Origin: a virus | DNA: 43,649 bases | IMG/VR virus record: IMGVR_UViG_3300011742_000001 | Span: 1 to 43,649 of that record | Strand: one strand, 5' to 3' | Shown here: positions 33,645-41,023 of the stretch, in pieces | Layout: each line of letters begins with the position of its first letter | Position numbering within the stretch: position 1 is the first letter of the stretch | Notes under the pieces: model-generated | Told to the model about the DNA's origin: nothing | The model's input: only the letters and a program-made list of their open reading frames with translations | The model's database searches: none | Made by a program: the position numbers and the translations under genes

Positions 33645-33892
33645 CTACTCCCCCTCGCCTTCGCTTCCAGCGCCGCACGAACCATCGACCGGAGCAGCGG
33701 GCTCATCCGCGACAGCTCGGCCGACACCCACTGGCGCCACTTCGGCAGGCCCATGGGCTTGCACCGGGCGCGCATCTTGTCCGCGATTGCGAGCGCAAGC
33801 TGCTCCGCATTGGCCTTGGCAGTCAGGCCTTCCGCTGTTAATCCACGCCTCGCCGCAGAGGATCTGTTCGTAGTGCAGTCCGTCATTTCCAT
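33641..33892 (-). CDS. Hypothetical protein. The 3' two-thirds look coding in this frame, but the 5' end may belong to the frame that starts at 33926 (see finding).
   Basis: High third-position GC from about 33840 downwards. An alternative N-terminus MKLSRIDVIGSNGNDGLHYEQ starts at 33926 in another frame. Confidence 0.5.
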   Translation of the reverse strand: MEMTDCTTNRSSAARRGLTAEGLTAKANAEQLALAIADKMRARCKPMGLPKWRQWVSAELSRMSPLLRSMVRAALEAKARGSR

Positions 33893-33922
33893 TGCTGCCT
33901 ATCACGTCGATTCGAGAGAGCT

Positions 33923-34294
33923 TCATGGGCGAAATGCCTTAGCGGCCAAAATAAGGGCGCGCGCGTCAAGAGCATCAGAAAGCCGAACGTCTTGGTCGTG
34001 GCGGACATGAACGCTGATTGCTTCGCCCTTCTGCTCAGCGCTGCGGCAGTCAATGGTGTTCTGCTGGCCGAACTCGGCACGGGTCACTTCGCGCAGCTTG
34101 TTCTGATACCAGCAGGCCTTGGCGATGCACTTCTCAGCCGGGCCTTTCTCGCCAGCGCGCAGGCGGTACTTGAGCGCATTGCCCTTGCAGTAGCCGGCGA
34201 ACTCCTCCGGGGTCAGAGCCGCCTTTATGACGTCGATCGCCTCCATGTCCGGAAACAGCATGTAGTGGCTCGGGCTGTTGATTTCGTCAGTCAT
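33923..34294 (-). CDS. DUF3310-family phage protein (123 aa)
   Basis: MTDEINSPSHYMLFPDMEAIDVIKAALTPEEFAGYCKGNALKYRLRAGEKG is the DUF3310 signature. ATGA coupling. Confidence 0.8.
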   Translation of the reverse strand: MTDEINSPSHYMLFPDMEAIDVIKAALTPEEFAGYCKGNALKYRLRAGEKGPAEKCIAKACWYQNKLREVTRAEFGQQNTIDCRSAEQKGEAISVHVRHDQDVRLSDALDARALILAAKAFRP

Positions 34295-34449
34295 TGCGGC
34301 TTCCTTGTGGCTCTGTTGTTTGCAATCAGGGGTATCTGGCCGGGCTTTAGCGGCCATGGGTGTTCCTTGCGGCAGTCGTGGCAGTACAGGGTCTGCCGGC
34401 TGCTGAAGGCCGTGGTGTCGTGGGTGGCGTCAACGGGGCAGGTCTTCAT
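34291..34449 (-). CDS. Small Cys/His protein (52 aa)
   Basis: MKTCPVDATHDTTAFSSRQTLYCHDCRKEHPWPLKPGQIPLIANNRATRKPQ. ATGA coupling at both ends. Only this part of ORF 34291..34737 looks coding. Confidence 0.5.
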   Translation of the reverse strand: MKTCPVDATHDTTAFSSRQTLYCHDCRKEHPWPLKPGQIPLIANNRATRKPQ

Positions 34450-34772
34450 GCGGCCTGCTCCGGTGCCTTTGGGAACACGTGCCAGCGGCCAATGCCTTTC
34501 CAGGTTCCGCCGTGGCAGCTTTGCGTGATGCTGTCGTACGGCGAGACGAAGAAGGTCCACCACTCGCCAAGGATCAGCCCCGGAACCCAGCGCCAAGCCG
34601 GGCGGCTGAAGCCATGGACGGAGCCGACAGCGAAACCCCAGCGACAGACGCTGATCGCGCAAGCCAGTGCCCAGCCGGCCTTTACCAGCCCCTTGCCGAA
34701 CTTCCAGCCAAGCCAGGCCTGAACGGGAATGCCGCACGCGGCCAAGAAAACGATGTACCAGTCCAGGCTCAT
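34446..34772 (-). CDS. Membrane protein (108 aa)
   Basis: Trp-rich hydrophobic segments (SLDWYIVFLAACGIPVQAWLGW..., WRWVPGLILGEWWTFFV). Coupled to its neighbours. Confidence 0.6.
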   Translation of the reverse strand: MSLDWYIVFLAACGIPVQAWLGWKFGKGLVKAGWALACAISVCRWGFAVGSVHGFSRPAWRWVPGLILGEWWTFFVSPYDSITQSCHGGTWKGIGRWHVFPKAPEQAA

Positions 34773-35071
34773 GCGGCCCCCTTCACAGTGAGCAGTCCCT
34801 CGCGGAACCAGATCAGTTGTGTTTCAGCCAGGGCGCGCAGCATGTCGCCCTCGGTGATTTCGCCCTTACGGCGCCCGTCTAGGACGGAATGGCAGTGGTC
34901 GCAGGCGAAGCAGGCAATCTGGTCCGGCCCCTTCATGCCCATTCCCTTCTGGCCGCACGGCAGATGGGCGAGAACGACTGTGCCGTCATCGAATCCACAG
35001 CCAGGCAGGCGAAGGGTGCAGGACTGGCCTCGAGCCGAATCGCGCAGTTTTTTGCTGACTATTCGGCTCAT
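34769..35071 (-). CDS. YbcO-like putative nuclease (DUF1364)
   Basis: LRDSARGQSCTLRLPGCGFDDGTVVLAHLP...IACFACDHCHSVLD...AETQLIWFREGLL parallels the E. coli DLP12 YbcO sequence as recalled. Confidence 0.8.
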   Translation of the reverse strand: MSRIVSKKLRDSARGQSCTLRLPGCGFDDGTVVLAHLPCGQKGMGMKGPDQIACFACDHCHSVLDGRRKGEITEGDMLRALAETQLIWFREGLLTVKGAA

Positions 35072-35508
35072 GCCACCCTCCTCTCGCCATAGATGGCGTA
35101 CATCAGGTCTTCCGGGTGCGGCAGCAGCAGGCCCAGGTGCTCGGCGCAGTACGCATCCAGCAGCTCGAGGTATTCCGTCATCTGGGCGATGGTGAAGCTG
35201 CGAGTCTTGGCCCGGCCTACGCGATAGCGGGTGCCGTCTGGCAGCTCTACCGGGTGAACCTCGGCCGGGCAGAGCTTGCTGACGAATATCTCGTGCCACT
35301 CTTCAGCGCTGGCGATCTGGCCGAACGATTCGCGCAGGTGCTGCTGGATCAGGCTGTTCCACTGCCAGAGCAGACGGTTTTGGGCATCGGAGCGCTTGCT
35401 GCGGATCTCAGTGATTGCCACCTTGCGGGGCTTGGAGAGGTCCAGGCCCTGCAGGAAGCCAATGAGGCGTTGGCGATCGATGTCGGAGCGGAGCATGAGG
35501 TCAGCCAC
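35068..35508 (-). CDS. ninB: NinB-like recombination protein
   Basis: ITEIRSKRSDAQNRLLWQWNSLIQQH parallels lambda NinB IQERNRSLDQNRKLWACLGDV. GTG 35508 lies 4 nt after GGAGGT; ATG 35496 is an alternative start. Confidence 0.75.
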   Translation of the reverse strand: MADLMLRSDIDRQRLIGFLQGLDLSKPRKVAITEIRSKRSDAQNRLLWQWNSLIQQHLRESFGQIASAEEWHEIFVSKLCPAEVHPVELPDGTRYRVGRAKTRSFTIAQMTEYLELLDAYCAEHLGLLLPHPEDLMYAIYGERRVA

Positions 35509-35695
35509 GCTTACCTCCACTCCACGCAAGGAACGCGGAAAATGCGGCAGCAATCAGGCCGATATAGGCGACGATGAACCTGGCGTCTTTGCTCCAATTG
35601 CCGGGGTTGTAATCCCAGCAGTAGAACGCGACCGCCGAATAGAATATGGCCAGAGCTAAAGCGGCAGCAGCCGCACTACGGAGGATCTGGATCAT
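35501..35695 (-). CDS. Small two-TM membrane protein (64 aa)
   Basis: MIQILRSAAAAALALAIFYSAVAFYCW...FIVAYIGLIAAAFSAFLAW. ATGA coupling. Confidence 0.6.
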   Translation of the reverse strand: MIQILRSAAAAALALAIFYSAVAFYCWDYNPGNWSKDARFIVAYIGLIAAAFSAFLAWSGGKRG

Positions 35696-35943
35696 TTCCG
35701 CGCCTCCCGAATCCCCTGACACTCAACGCAGCACACCGCCGACGGATAGGCCTTGCGGCGAGCGGCCGGGATATCGATACCGCACTCCTCGCATTCCTCA
35801 GCGCCCTGCCCCATCAGCCGGTCGCGCACCAATTGCACGCCCCCTATCCGATCTGCCTCCTCTAGCCCGGTTGCGCGGTCTGTTACATCGGGAGCCGTGC
35901 GGGCCTGATGGAAGGCCTCGGTGATTTCCATGTAGTCGGTCAT
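35692..35943 (-). CDS. TraR/DksA-type C4 zinc-finger protein
   Basis: CEECGIDIPAARRKAYPSAVCCVECQ is the TraR/DksA C4 motif. Confidence 0.8.
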   Translation of the reverse strand: MTDYMEITEAFHQARTAPDVTDRATGLEEADRIGGVQLVRDRLMGQGAEECEECGIDIPAARRKAYPSAVCCVECQGIREARK

Positions 35944-36098
35944 TTCCGTGCTCCTACGCCGCGCTGGGTGCTTCCGTCAGCACAGACGACGCGATGGTCA
36001 TTGCCGCGGGATAGGCCTATGCCGGTCGCGGTGGTTTTTCGTATCTGGTAGCCCTGGCGCTGCAGGAGCTGGATGGAGTGCTGTTGGAGAGCAGTCAT
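35940..36098 (-). CDS. Hypothetical protein (52 aa)
   Basis: ATG 36098 is coupled (ATGA) to the upstream gene. Confidence 0.5.
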   Translation of the reverse strand: MTALQQHSIQLLQRQGYQIRKTTATGIGLSRGNDHRVVCADGSTQRGVGARK

Positions 36099-36748
36099 GC
36101 GGCCACCTCCTGGCTGCGCCACACCGCGGCGCGCTGAGCAAATAGGCCGAGGACGTGTTCTGCCGGGCTTTTGGTTCTGTGCTGCTCAACCTTCGTGGTA
36201 TTGAGCGGCGTGTGAATTTCGCGCTTGTAACGCTCGAGGTCTTCGCGGGTCTGCATACCCTGGATGACCTCGACAAGCACCTCGCCGAGCAGCGTGCATG
36301 CGGGGCGCTCGCGGCGGTGCCCAGCGCGCAGGTAGGCGGAATAGGTATTGGCGTCGAGGTGCTGCCGAACAATGTCGCCGAGCTCCGCAGTGGAATAGGC
36401 GACGCGATGGCCCTCAGGCTCATAGCTGACGACGCCGTGATAGAGCTCGCCGCCGAGGATCTCCATGTCGCCGAAGCCAAACAGCACCGGGCATCCGGTC
36501 TTGAGCTCGACGTCGCGGGCTTTCTCTTTCTCGATCTCTGACGGAGAGGCGCCTTTGACTTCCAGGTAAACGCCAGCGGCCGGGATGAAGAAGTCGGGCA
36601 CGTACCAGCCGTGGCGAGTGGTGAAAACCTCGGGCTCGTATACCCAGCCGATCGACAGTGCATCCATGATCGATGCCCATCGAGTTTCGGAATGGGAGCG
36701 CATCTCGTAGCCGCGGTGACGGAAGATGGTCTGCTTGCTGCGCATCAC
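36095..36748 (-). CDS. PD-(D/E)xK-family nuclease-like protein (217 aa)
   Basis: SHSETRWASIMDAL...WYVPDFFIPAAGVYLEVKG fits the E...D...(D/E)xK nuclease core. ATGA coupling to dnaB. Confidence 0.6.
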   Translation of the reverse strand: MMRSKQTIFRHRGYEMRSHSETRWASIMDALSIGWVYEPEVFTTRHGWYVPDFFIPAAGVYLEVKGASPSEIEKEKARDVELKTGCPVLFGFGDMEILGGELYHGVVSYEPEGHRVAYSTAELGDIVRQHLDANTYSAYLRAGHRRERPACTLLGEVLVEVIQGMQTREDLERYKREIHTPLNTTKVEQHRTKSPAEHVLGLFAQRAAVWRSQEVAA

Positions 36749-38085
36749 CAGTCCTCCTTTGCTTCAGCTTCCGGACGGCAGTAGTTGGCCAGCGGAACAA
36801 AGCGAGACTTCTCGCCTTGGAATGCGGTCAGGACAGTCCCGATCTTCCCGTCGCGGTTCTTCCGGATCAGGATCTCGCCGATGCCGGCGTCTTGCGTGTT
36901 CGGGTGATAAACCTCATCCCGGTACACGAACATCACGATGTCGGCGTCCTGCTCGATGGCGCCGGACTCACGCAGATCGGAGAGGACCGGACGCTTGTCA
37001 GGGCGAGACTCGCAGCTCCGGTTCAGCTGGGAGAGGACCATCACCGGGCAACCAATCTCACGGGCCAGAAGCTTGATCTGGCGAGACATGGCTGTTACGT
37101 CCTCGACGCGGTTGCTGCCGTCGCCTTCCACAAGGCCTAGGTAGTCGATAACAATCAGCGCCATCCCACCCATGCGGTGCTTCTGCCGGCGCGCAATCGA
37201 GCGAATGCGGGGCATGGTCATCACCGGGACATCCGATACAGTTATCGGGGCATCGCGCAGCTTCAGCGCCGCGGCGGCAAGCTCCATCGGACTCTGATGA
37301 GTGCAGGTGCCGTCCTTCAGGCTTGGCAGCGGAATGCCGCCGACCGCGGCAAGAAGGCGGTCCATCAGCTGCTCTTTGCTCATCTCGAGAGAGATCACAA
37401 GGACAGGCTTTCCCTGCTCTACCGCAACTTCTGCAGCGATGTTCATCGCAAAAGTGGTCTTGCCCATGGCGGGGCGGCCAGCGACCACGATCATCTGCCC
37501 GGCCTTCATGCCTTGAACGTTGACGTCCAGATCAGGGATTCCAGTGGACAGGCCGTCGATCGTCACGCCTGCGACGCTACGGTCGTGCCGCGCCTGCAGA
37601 ATCTCAATGTGGCTGGCCAGGATGTCGCCGACCATTTGGCACTCGCCATCAGAGCCGGAGACATCCAAACCAAGAGCCAGGGCCTGAGCCTGCGCGATCT
37701 TGTCCTCTACGCTGGCCTGCTCGTGTGCAACCTCAGTGATGCGCGCGCCGGCATCGGCGATCTGGCGAGCGATGGCGCGGTCGCGAACAATGGCGGCATA
37801 GGTCTTGGCGTTGGCTGCGCTCGGGGTGTTCTTCTGGATCTCGGCGGCGTAGACCAGAGTCATCTGGTCGTTCGAGAGTGTTCCGCGGCGGTCGGCCAGG
37901 GTGATGATGTCGACTGGCTTGCCTTCGTCGTGAAGCGCAAGAATCAGGCGATACAGGTCAGCATTCTCGGGATAGGCAAAAGCGTCTGCAGACAGGCCTT
38001 CCGAGATGACATCGATCAGGTGCGGCTGAATCAGCATGGCGCCAATGACGCCGTGTTCAGCTTCCAGGCTATGGAGCTCGATCAT
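36745..38085 (-). CDS. dnaB: Replicative DNA helicase DnaB
   Basis: LEAEHGVIGAMLIQP (N-terminal domain), VVAGRPAMGKTTFAMNIA (Walker A), LIVIDYLGL and SQLNRSCESRPDKRPVLSDLRESGAIEQDAD. ATG 38085 is coupled to the O-like gene. Confidence 0.93.
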   Translation of the reverse strand: MIELHSLEAEHGVIGAMLIQPHLIDVISEGLSADAFAYPENADLYRLILALHDEGKPVDIITLADRRGTLSNDQMTLVYAAEIQKNTPSAANAKTYAAIVRDRAIARQIADAGARITEVAHEQASVEDKIAQAQALALGLDVSGSDGECQMVGDILASHIEILQARHDRSVAGVTIDGLSTGIPDLDVNVQGMKAGQMIVVAGRPAMGKTTFAMNIAAEVAVEQGKPVLVISLEMSKEQLMDRLLAAVGGIPLPSLKDGTCTHQSPMELAAAALKLRDAPITVSDVPVMTMPRIRSIARRQKHRMGGMALIVIDYLGLVEGDGSNRVEDVTAMSRQIKLLAREIGCPVMVLSQLNRSCESRPDKRPVLSDLRESGAIEQDADIVMFVYRDEVYHPNTQDAGIGEILIRKNRDGKIGTVLTAFQGEKSRFVPLANYCRPEAEAKEDW

Positions 38086-39059
38086 GCTTGCTCCTCCAGC
38101 TGGCGGAAGACGGCACGCGAGCAAATGATCTCCAGGCGCGGGGCGACGTTGGCGCCGCGGTAGTAGACCTGGCTCAGGCGGTTGGCCTTGTCGAAGATGG
38201 TTTTCCAGAACTGGCTGTTCTGATGGGTTTCTGCTTCGGTCCAGCGCTCAACGATCAGGCCGCGAAGGGTCTTGTCGGACGCCACAGCGACCTTCGGCAG
38301 GTTCGGGCAAACGCGCTGGTACAGGTCGATGATCTTGTCGACCGGCACGCCAGCCTCGTTCACTGTGCCGGCTGCCTTGCGATGAGCTCGAGCCATCCAG
38401 TTAACCAGGAAGCGGCGCCAGTCTTTCTTCGGTTTGGCACCAGAAGCCCAGGCGGCGGCACGAACAATCTCAGTCTCGATGTCAACCGGTGCGTAGGCTT
38501 TCGCCCATTTGGTAATCAGGTCAGAGCTGACTTCGAAGTCTTCGCCGTTGAACGAAACCCCAGAGGTTTTTTCAATCGGGGTGATGTCGCCCCCTTGGGG
38601 GGCAGTAATCTGTTCCGAAGGAACAGTTACTAGGGGTTCTTTCTTAGAATAAAGAAGGGAGTCGTCGGTTTTGGTCTGACTCGCAATCGAGACGACCTTG
38701 TCATTTTGGTCCGAGTCGGCTCTGTTGGTCTGATTCGGACCTTCTACAAAGACCCACTCTTTCGGATCACACAGGCCAATATCGCCACGCGCTCCACCTT
38801 CACGGAAGATCACGCGACGCTTCAGGAGGCGACTGATTGCCTTGGAAGCAACGTCCGGGTGGATATGGGTTGCCTTCGACACAGCGGCTGCTGTGATGCG
38901 TACCGGGCCGGCCTGGAAGTTGATGGTTGTCTTGGCGACGAACAGAGCGACCTTCAGCTCACGCGCTGGCAGATCGATCGCCATCAAGGCATCCATGATG
39001 CTGTTGTCCATCCGGGTGAACCCCCGTTGGGTGTTGCCAATCTGAATAACGTTTGTCAT
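38082..39059 (-). CDS. Replication initiator, lambda O-like (325 aa)
   Basis: QRGFTRMDNSIMDALMAIDLPARELKVALFVAKTTINF matches the phage replication protein O N-terminal domain. Iterons lie in the linker region. ATG 39059 has an AGGA SD. Confidence 0.8.
   Translation of the reverse strand: MTNVIQIGNTQRGFTRMDNSIMDALMAIDLPARELKVALFVAKTTINFQAGPVRITAAAVSKATHIHPDVASKAISRLLKRRVIFREGGARGDIGLCDPKEWVFVEGPNQTNRADSDQNDKVVSIASQTKTDDSLLYSKKEPLVTVPSEQITAPQGGDITPIEKTSGVSFNGEDFEVSSDLITKWAKAYAPVDIETEIVRAAAWASGAKPKKDWRRFLVNWMARAHRKAAGTVNEAGVPVDKIIDLYQRVCPNLPKVAVASDKTLRGLIVERWTEAETHQNSQFWKTIFDKANRLSQVYYRGANVAPRLEIICSRAVFRQLEEQA
38671..38737. repeat. Three iteron-like repeats TTGGTCYGANTCG (38671-83, 38706-18, 38725-37); candidate origin of replication
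   Basis: Read directly: TTGGTCTGACTCG, TTGGTCCGAGTCG and TTGGTCTGATTCG. They lie next to the AT-rich stretch 38636-38657 and palindromes at 38590-38630. Confidence 0.5.
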
Positions 39060-39090
39060 GATTCGTCCTGTCTGTTGTTGCTGTTGAAGA

Positions 39091-39116
39091 AGCCACCCTT
39101 GCCCGGTGGCTTTTTT
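39091..39116 (+). terminator. Plus-strand intrinsic terminator in the cro-O intergenic region, antisense to the operon
   Basis: AGCCACCcttgcccGGTGGCT is followed by TTTTT on the plus strand. The minus-strand version has only a weak U-tract (TCTTC). Confidence 0.55.
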
Positions 39117-39251
39117 GTTTCCGCTTTCTTGGTACTGGATGTAAAAACAGCATCCATTCCCCGATTTCACTTCTTTACCGCTTGGCCTAATCTGGAACCC
39201 ATGGAAACCACTGACATGGACGTTCAAATGACTAAGCCGGGAATCTCTGAA

Positions 39252-39464
39252 TCAGGAAGCCTCTTGCCAGGGGAAGTCGGGGCAGAGGTCACGGCGACTA
39301 ACGGCGCCATCGGTAGCGCGCTCGATCTGGATGGCGCGCTCGGCAGTGATGCCACGCTGACCGGAGATCAAACGGGAGAGATAGGTGGGCTTGACGCCGA
39401 GGCGGGCAGCGAGCTTTTGTTTCTCGCCGCGGGGGAGGCTCTTGGTGTAAGTGGCGAGGTCCAT
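39252..39464 (-). CDS. cro: Cro-like HTH repressor (YdaS/Cro family)
   Basis: KLAARLGVKPTYLSRLISGQRGITAERAIQIERAT. It is divergent from cI across a 99-bp operator region. Confidence 0.75.
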   Translation of the reverse strand: MDLATYTKSLPRGEKQKLAARLGVKPTYLSRLISGQRGITAERAIQIERATDGAVSRRDLCPDFPWQEAS

Positions 39465-39478
39465 GCGCGTTTACCTGC

Positions 39479-39490
39479 TGGTACATTTAC
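39479..39490. promoter_or_regulatory. Operator-like 12-mer GGTACATTTACC, a near-palindrome related to 41044-41055
   Basis: It lies between the PR -10 element and the cro start. Further TTTACC/GGTAA half-sites are at 39469-74, 39497-502 and 39523-28. Confidence 0.5.
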
Positions 39491-39494
39491 CACG

Positions 39495-39522
39495 CAGTTT
39501 ACCTCACCAGACCAACAGGTCA
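39495..39522 (-). promoter_or_regulatory. PR-like promoter for cro: TTGACC - 16 nt - TAAACT (minus strand)
   Basis: Read on the minus strand: -35 at 39522-39517 and -10 at 39500-39495, about 30 nt upstream of the cro ATG. Confidence 0.5.
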
Positions 39523-39563
39523 AGGTAATTTCCCGCAAGGAAAATGCCGGTTTTAATAGCGGC

Positions 39564-40301
39564 ATGGACATATCTGAAATCCGCAAATACCGGGTCGCCC
39601 AGCTCATTGATCAGCGCTTCAATGGGGTCGCTGCCGACTTCGCAGCAGCCATTGGCCGAACGCCTTCTTACGTCTCCCGCATGCTGTCTTCGAACAAGCA
39701 CAGCAGGGGCATTGGCGAGGCCATGGCGCGCAGCATTGAGCAAGCCCTTGGCCTTGAGTCGGGCTGGCTTGATCGCCCCCTGGACGCAGCCGAGCGCCCT
39801 CCCGTCAAGCAGGCTGAGCTGCCTTATGAGCTGGAGCCGGTAGGCGTATGGGATGACGAAACCCCGCTAGAGGAAGGCGAGGTTGAGCTGCCCTTCCTGA
39901 AAGAGGTTGAGCTGTCCGCAGGAAGCGGCAGAACGGCCATCCACGAGGCGGGATCAAGGAAGATGCGCTTCGGTGCCAGAACGATGCGTGCGCGCGGCGT
40001 AGAGCCTGCCAACGCGGTTTGCGTGACAGTTACCGGCAACTCTATGGAGCCGGTACTACGCGACGGCGCCACCGTCAGCGTGGATCGCGGCACGACCCGC
40101 ATTCACGACGGCGACATGTATGCGATCGACCATGACGGCCAGCTGCGCGTGAAGCAGCTCTACCGTCTACCAGGCGGCGGCATTCGCCTGCGTAGCTTCA
40201 ATCGCGACGAGCATCCAGACGAGGAATACACCCTCGAGCAGATCGAACGCCACAAGATCCGAGTCCTTGGCCGGGTCTGGTGGGGCGCCATGTTTTTTTG
40301 A
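39564..40301 (+). CDS. cI: CI-type repressor (HTH plus S24 LexA-like autopeptidase domain)
   Basis: HTH FAAAIGRTPSYVSRMLSSNK. S24 domain has GNSMEP (Ser) and LRVKQL (Lys). ATG 39564 was chosen; the upstream part of ORF 38706.. is antisense to O and cro. Confidence 0.9.
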   Translation: MDISEIRKYRVAQLIDQRFNGVAADFAAAIGRTPSYVSRMLSSNKHSRGIGEAMARSIEQALGLESGWLDRPLDAAERPPVKQAELPYELEPVGVWDDETPLEEGEVELPFLKEVELSAGSGRTAIHEAGSRKMRFGARTMRARGVEPANAVCVTVTGNSMEPVLRDGATVSVDRGTTRIHDGDMYAIDHDGQLRVKQLYRLPGGGIRLRSFNRDEHPDEEYTLEQIERHKIRVLGRVWWGAMFF

Positions 40302-40535
40302 GGGCCTCTTCCGGGCCTTCCATCTCGCGTCAACCCTGCCATCATCGACGAACGGTCGACCTATCAAATCTTTGGTTCAATTTTGGGGCGGTGCCATCAT
40401 CCGGCACCCTGCTCCTGCGCCGATATAAAAAACAAATCGATGCATAGATTGGCCCATAGATTTATTTGCCAACCTTGATAGCCGAATGCCACTACCCTGA
40501 AGCGATTTGTAAAAGGACGCTAGGGCAAAGGAGTT

Positions 40536-40904
40536 TTGATGGATTGTTCGACGTGCACCAACCGGTGCGAAAGCATGTTGTCCCGCCAGGATCTCGAACG
40601 CAGCGGAGTTGACCAGGCGAACATACGGAAGATGCGGCTAGCGAAACACTCTACGCGGCCGGCCATGCCCTTTGATGCAGAGGTGCTGCTTGATTGCGAG
40701 GATAAACGGCTGCGGCCTGGCGAGGCGTTCATCATCGACATCGGCGGCGCCCTGCGCTTTGCGTTCGCTGCACTGCTACCAGATGGCGGCATGAGCCTTC
40801 AGCCAGCCTACGACTTGAACCACTCCGAGGCGATCGACGCCTGCGATGCCGGTAAAGCCAGGGTAATTGGCCGGGCTTTCCGTGTGGACTGGCTCACAGG
40901 CTGA
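40536..40904 (+). CDS. HTH-less S24-like protein, a paralogue of the cI C-terminal domain (122 aa)
   Basis: AAGGAG SD. By eye it aligns without gaps to cI residues from about 118 to the end (ERSGVDQANI/RARGVEPANA, HSTRP/NSMEP, PGEAFIIDIGGALR/DGDMYAIDHDGQLR, LPDGG/LPGGG, RVIGRA/RVLGRV). The catalytic Lys position is Ala. Confidence 0.6.
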   Translation: MMDCSTCTNRCESMLSRQDLERSGVDQANIRKMRLAKHSTRPAMPFDAEVLLDCEDKRLRPGEAFIIDIGGALRFAFAALLPDGGMSLQPAYDLNHSEAIDACDAGKARVIGRAFRVDWLTG

Positions 40905-40914
40905 GCCCCCTCCG

Positions 40915-40944
40915 AAAAAAGAACCTGCTTCGGCGGGTTTTTTT
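40915..40944 (+). terminator. Rho-independent terminator ending the cI-ORF122 transcription unit (A-tract upstream, so possibly bidirectional)
   Basis: AAAAAAgaACCTGCttcgGCGGGT is followed by TTTTTT. Confidence 0.8.
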
Positions 40945-41023
40945 GTGCCTGAAATTTGACTTTCGAGACAGGGAGTTACCTAGATGGAAGGTAAACTTTT
41001 CCAGAAATATTTACCTCGACCGC

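Noticed and set aside
34291..34737. A 148-aa minus-strand ORF
   Set aside because: Its first 96 codons overlap the better membrane-protein ORF 34446..34772 and read as Arg/Gly-rich nonsense. Only the last 52 codons, from the ATGA-coupled ATG 34449, were kept.
38610..38626. The palindrome CTGTTCCgaaGGAACAG in the O gene shares its hexamer arms with the candidate Aca1 operator GGAACAaTGTTCC (8333-8345)
   Set aside because: The arms are in the opposite arrangement (TGTTCC..GGAACA rather than GGAACA..TGTTCC), and 6-mer matches are expected by chance. I treat this as coincidence unless binding data say otherwise.
39056..39157. A 33-aa ORF (MDAVFTSSTKKAETKKPPGKGGFFNSNNRQDES) in the cro-O gap, ATGA-coupled to O; a possible cII-like gene
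   Set aside because: It is low-complexity and Lys/Asn-rich, has a poor SD, spans the hairpin and has no HTH. It is not credible as cII.
38706..39563. The N-terminal 286 codons of the 531-aa ORF that contains cI
   Set aside because: This part is antisense to the O-like gene, the cro-O spacer and cro, and it has no protein-like composition. The repressor starts at ATG 39564 (MDISEIRKY...), which gives a normal 245-aa CI.
40302..40535. A LexA/SOS box (CTG-N10-CAG) upstream of the CI-domain paralogue, which would fit an SOS-controlled antirepressor
   Set aside because: I found no such motif by eye in this spacer. Only the CATAGATT direct repeat and a GGTGCC/GGCACC hairpin are present.
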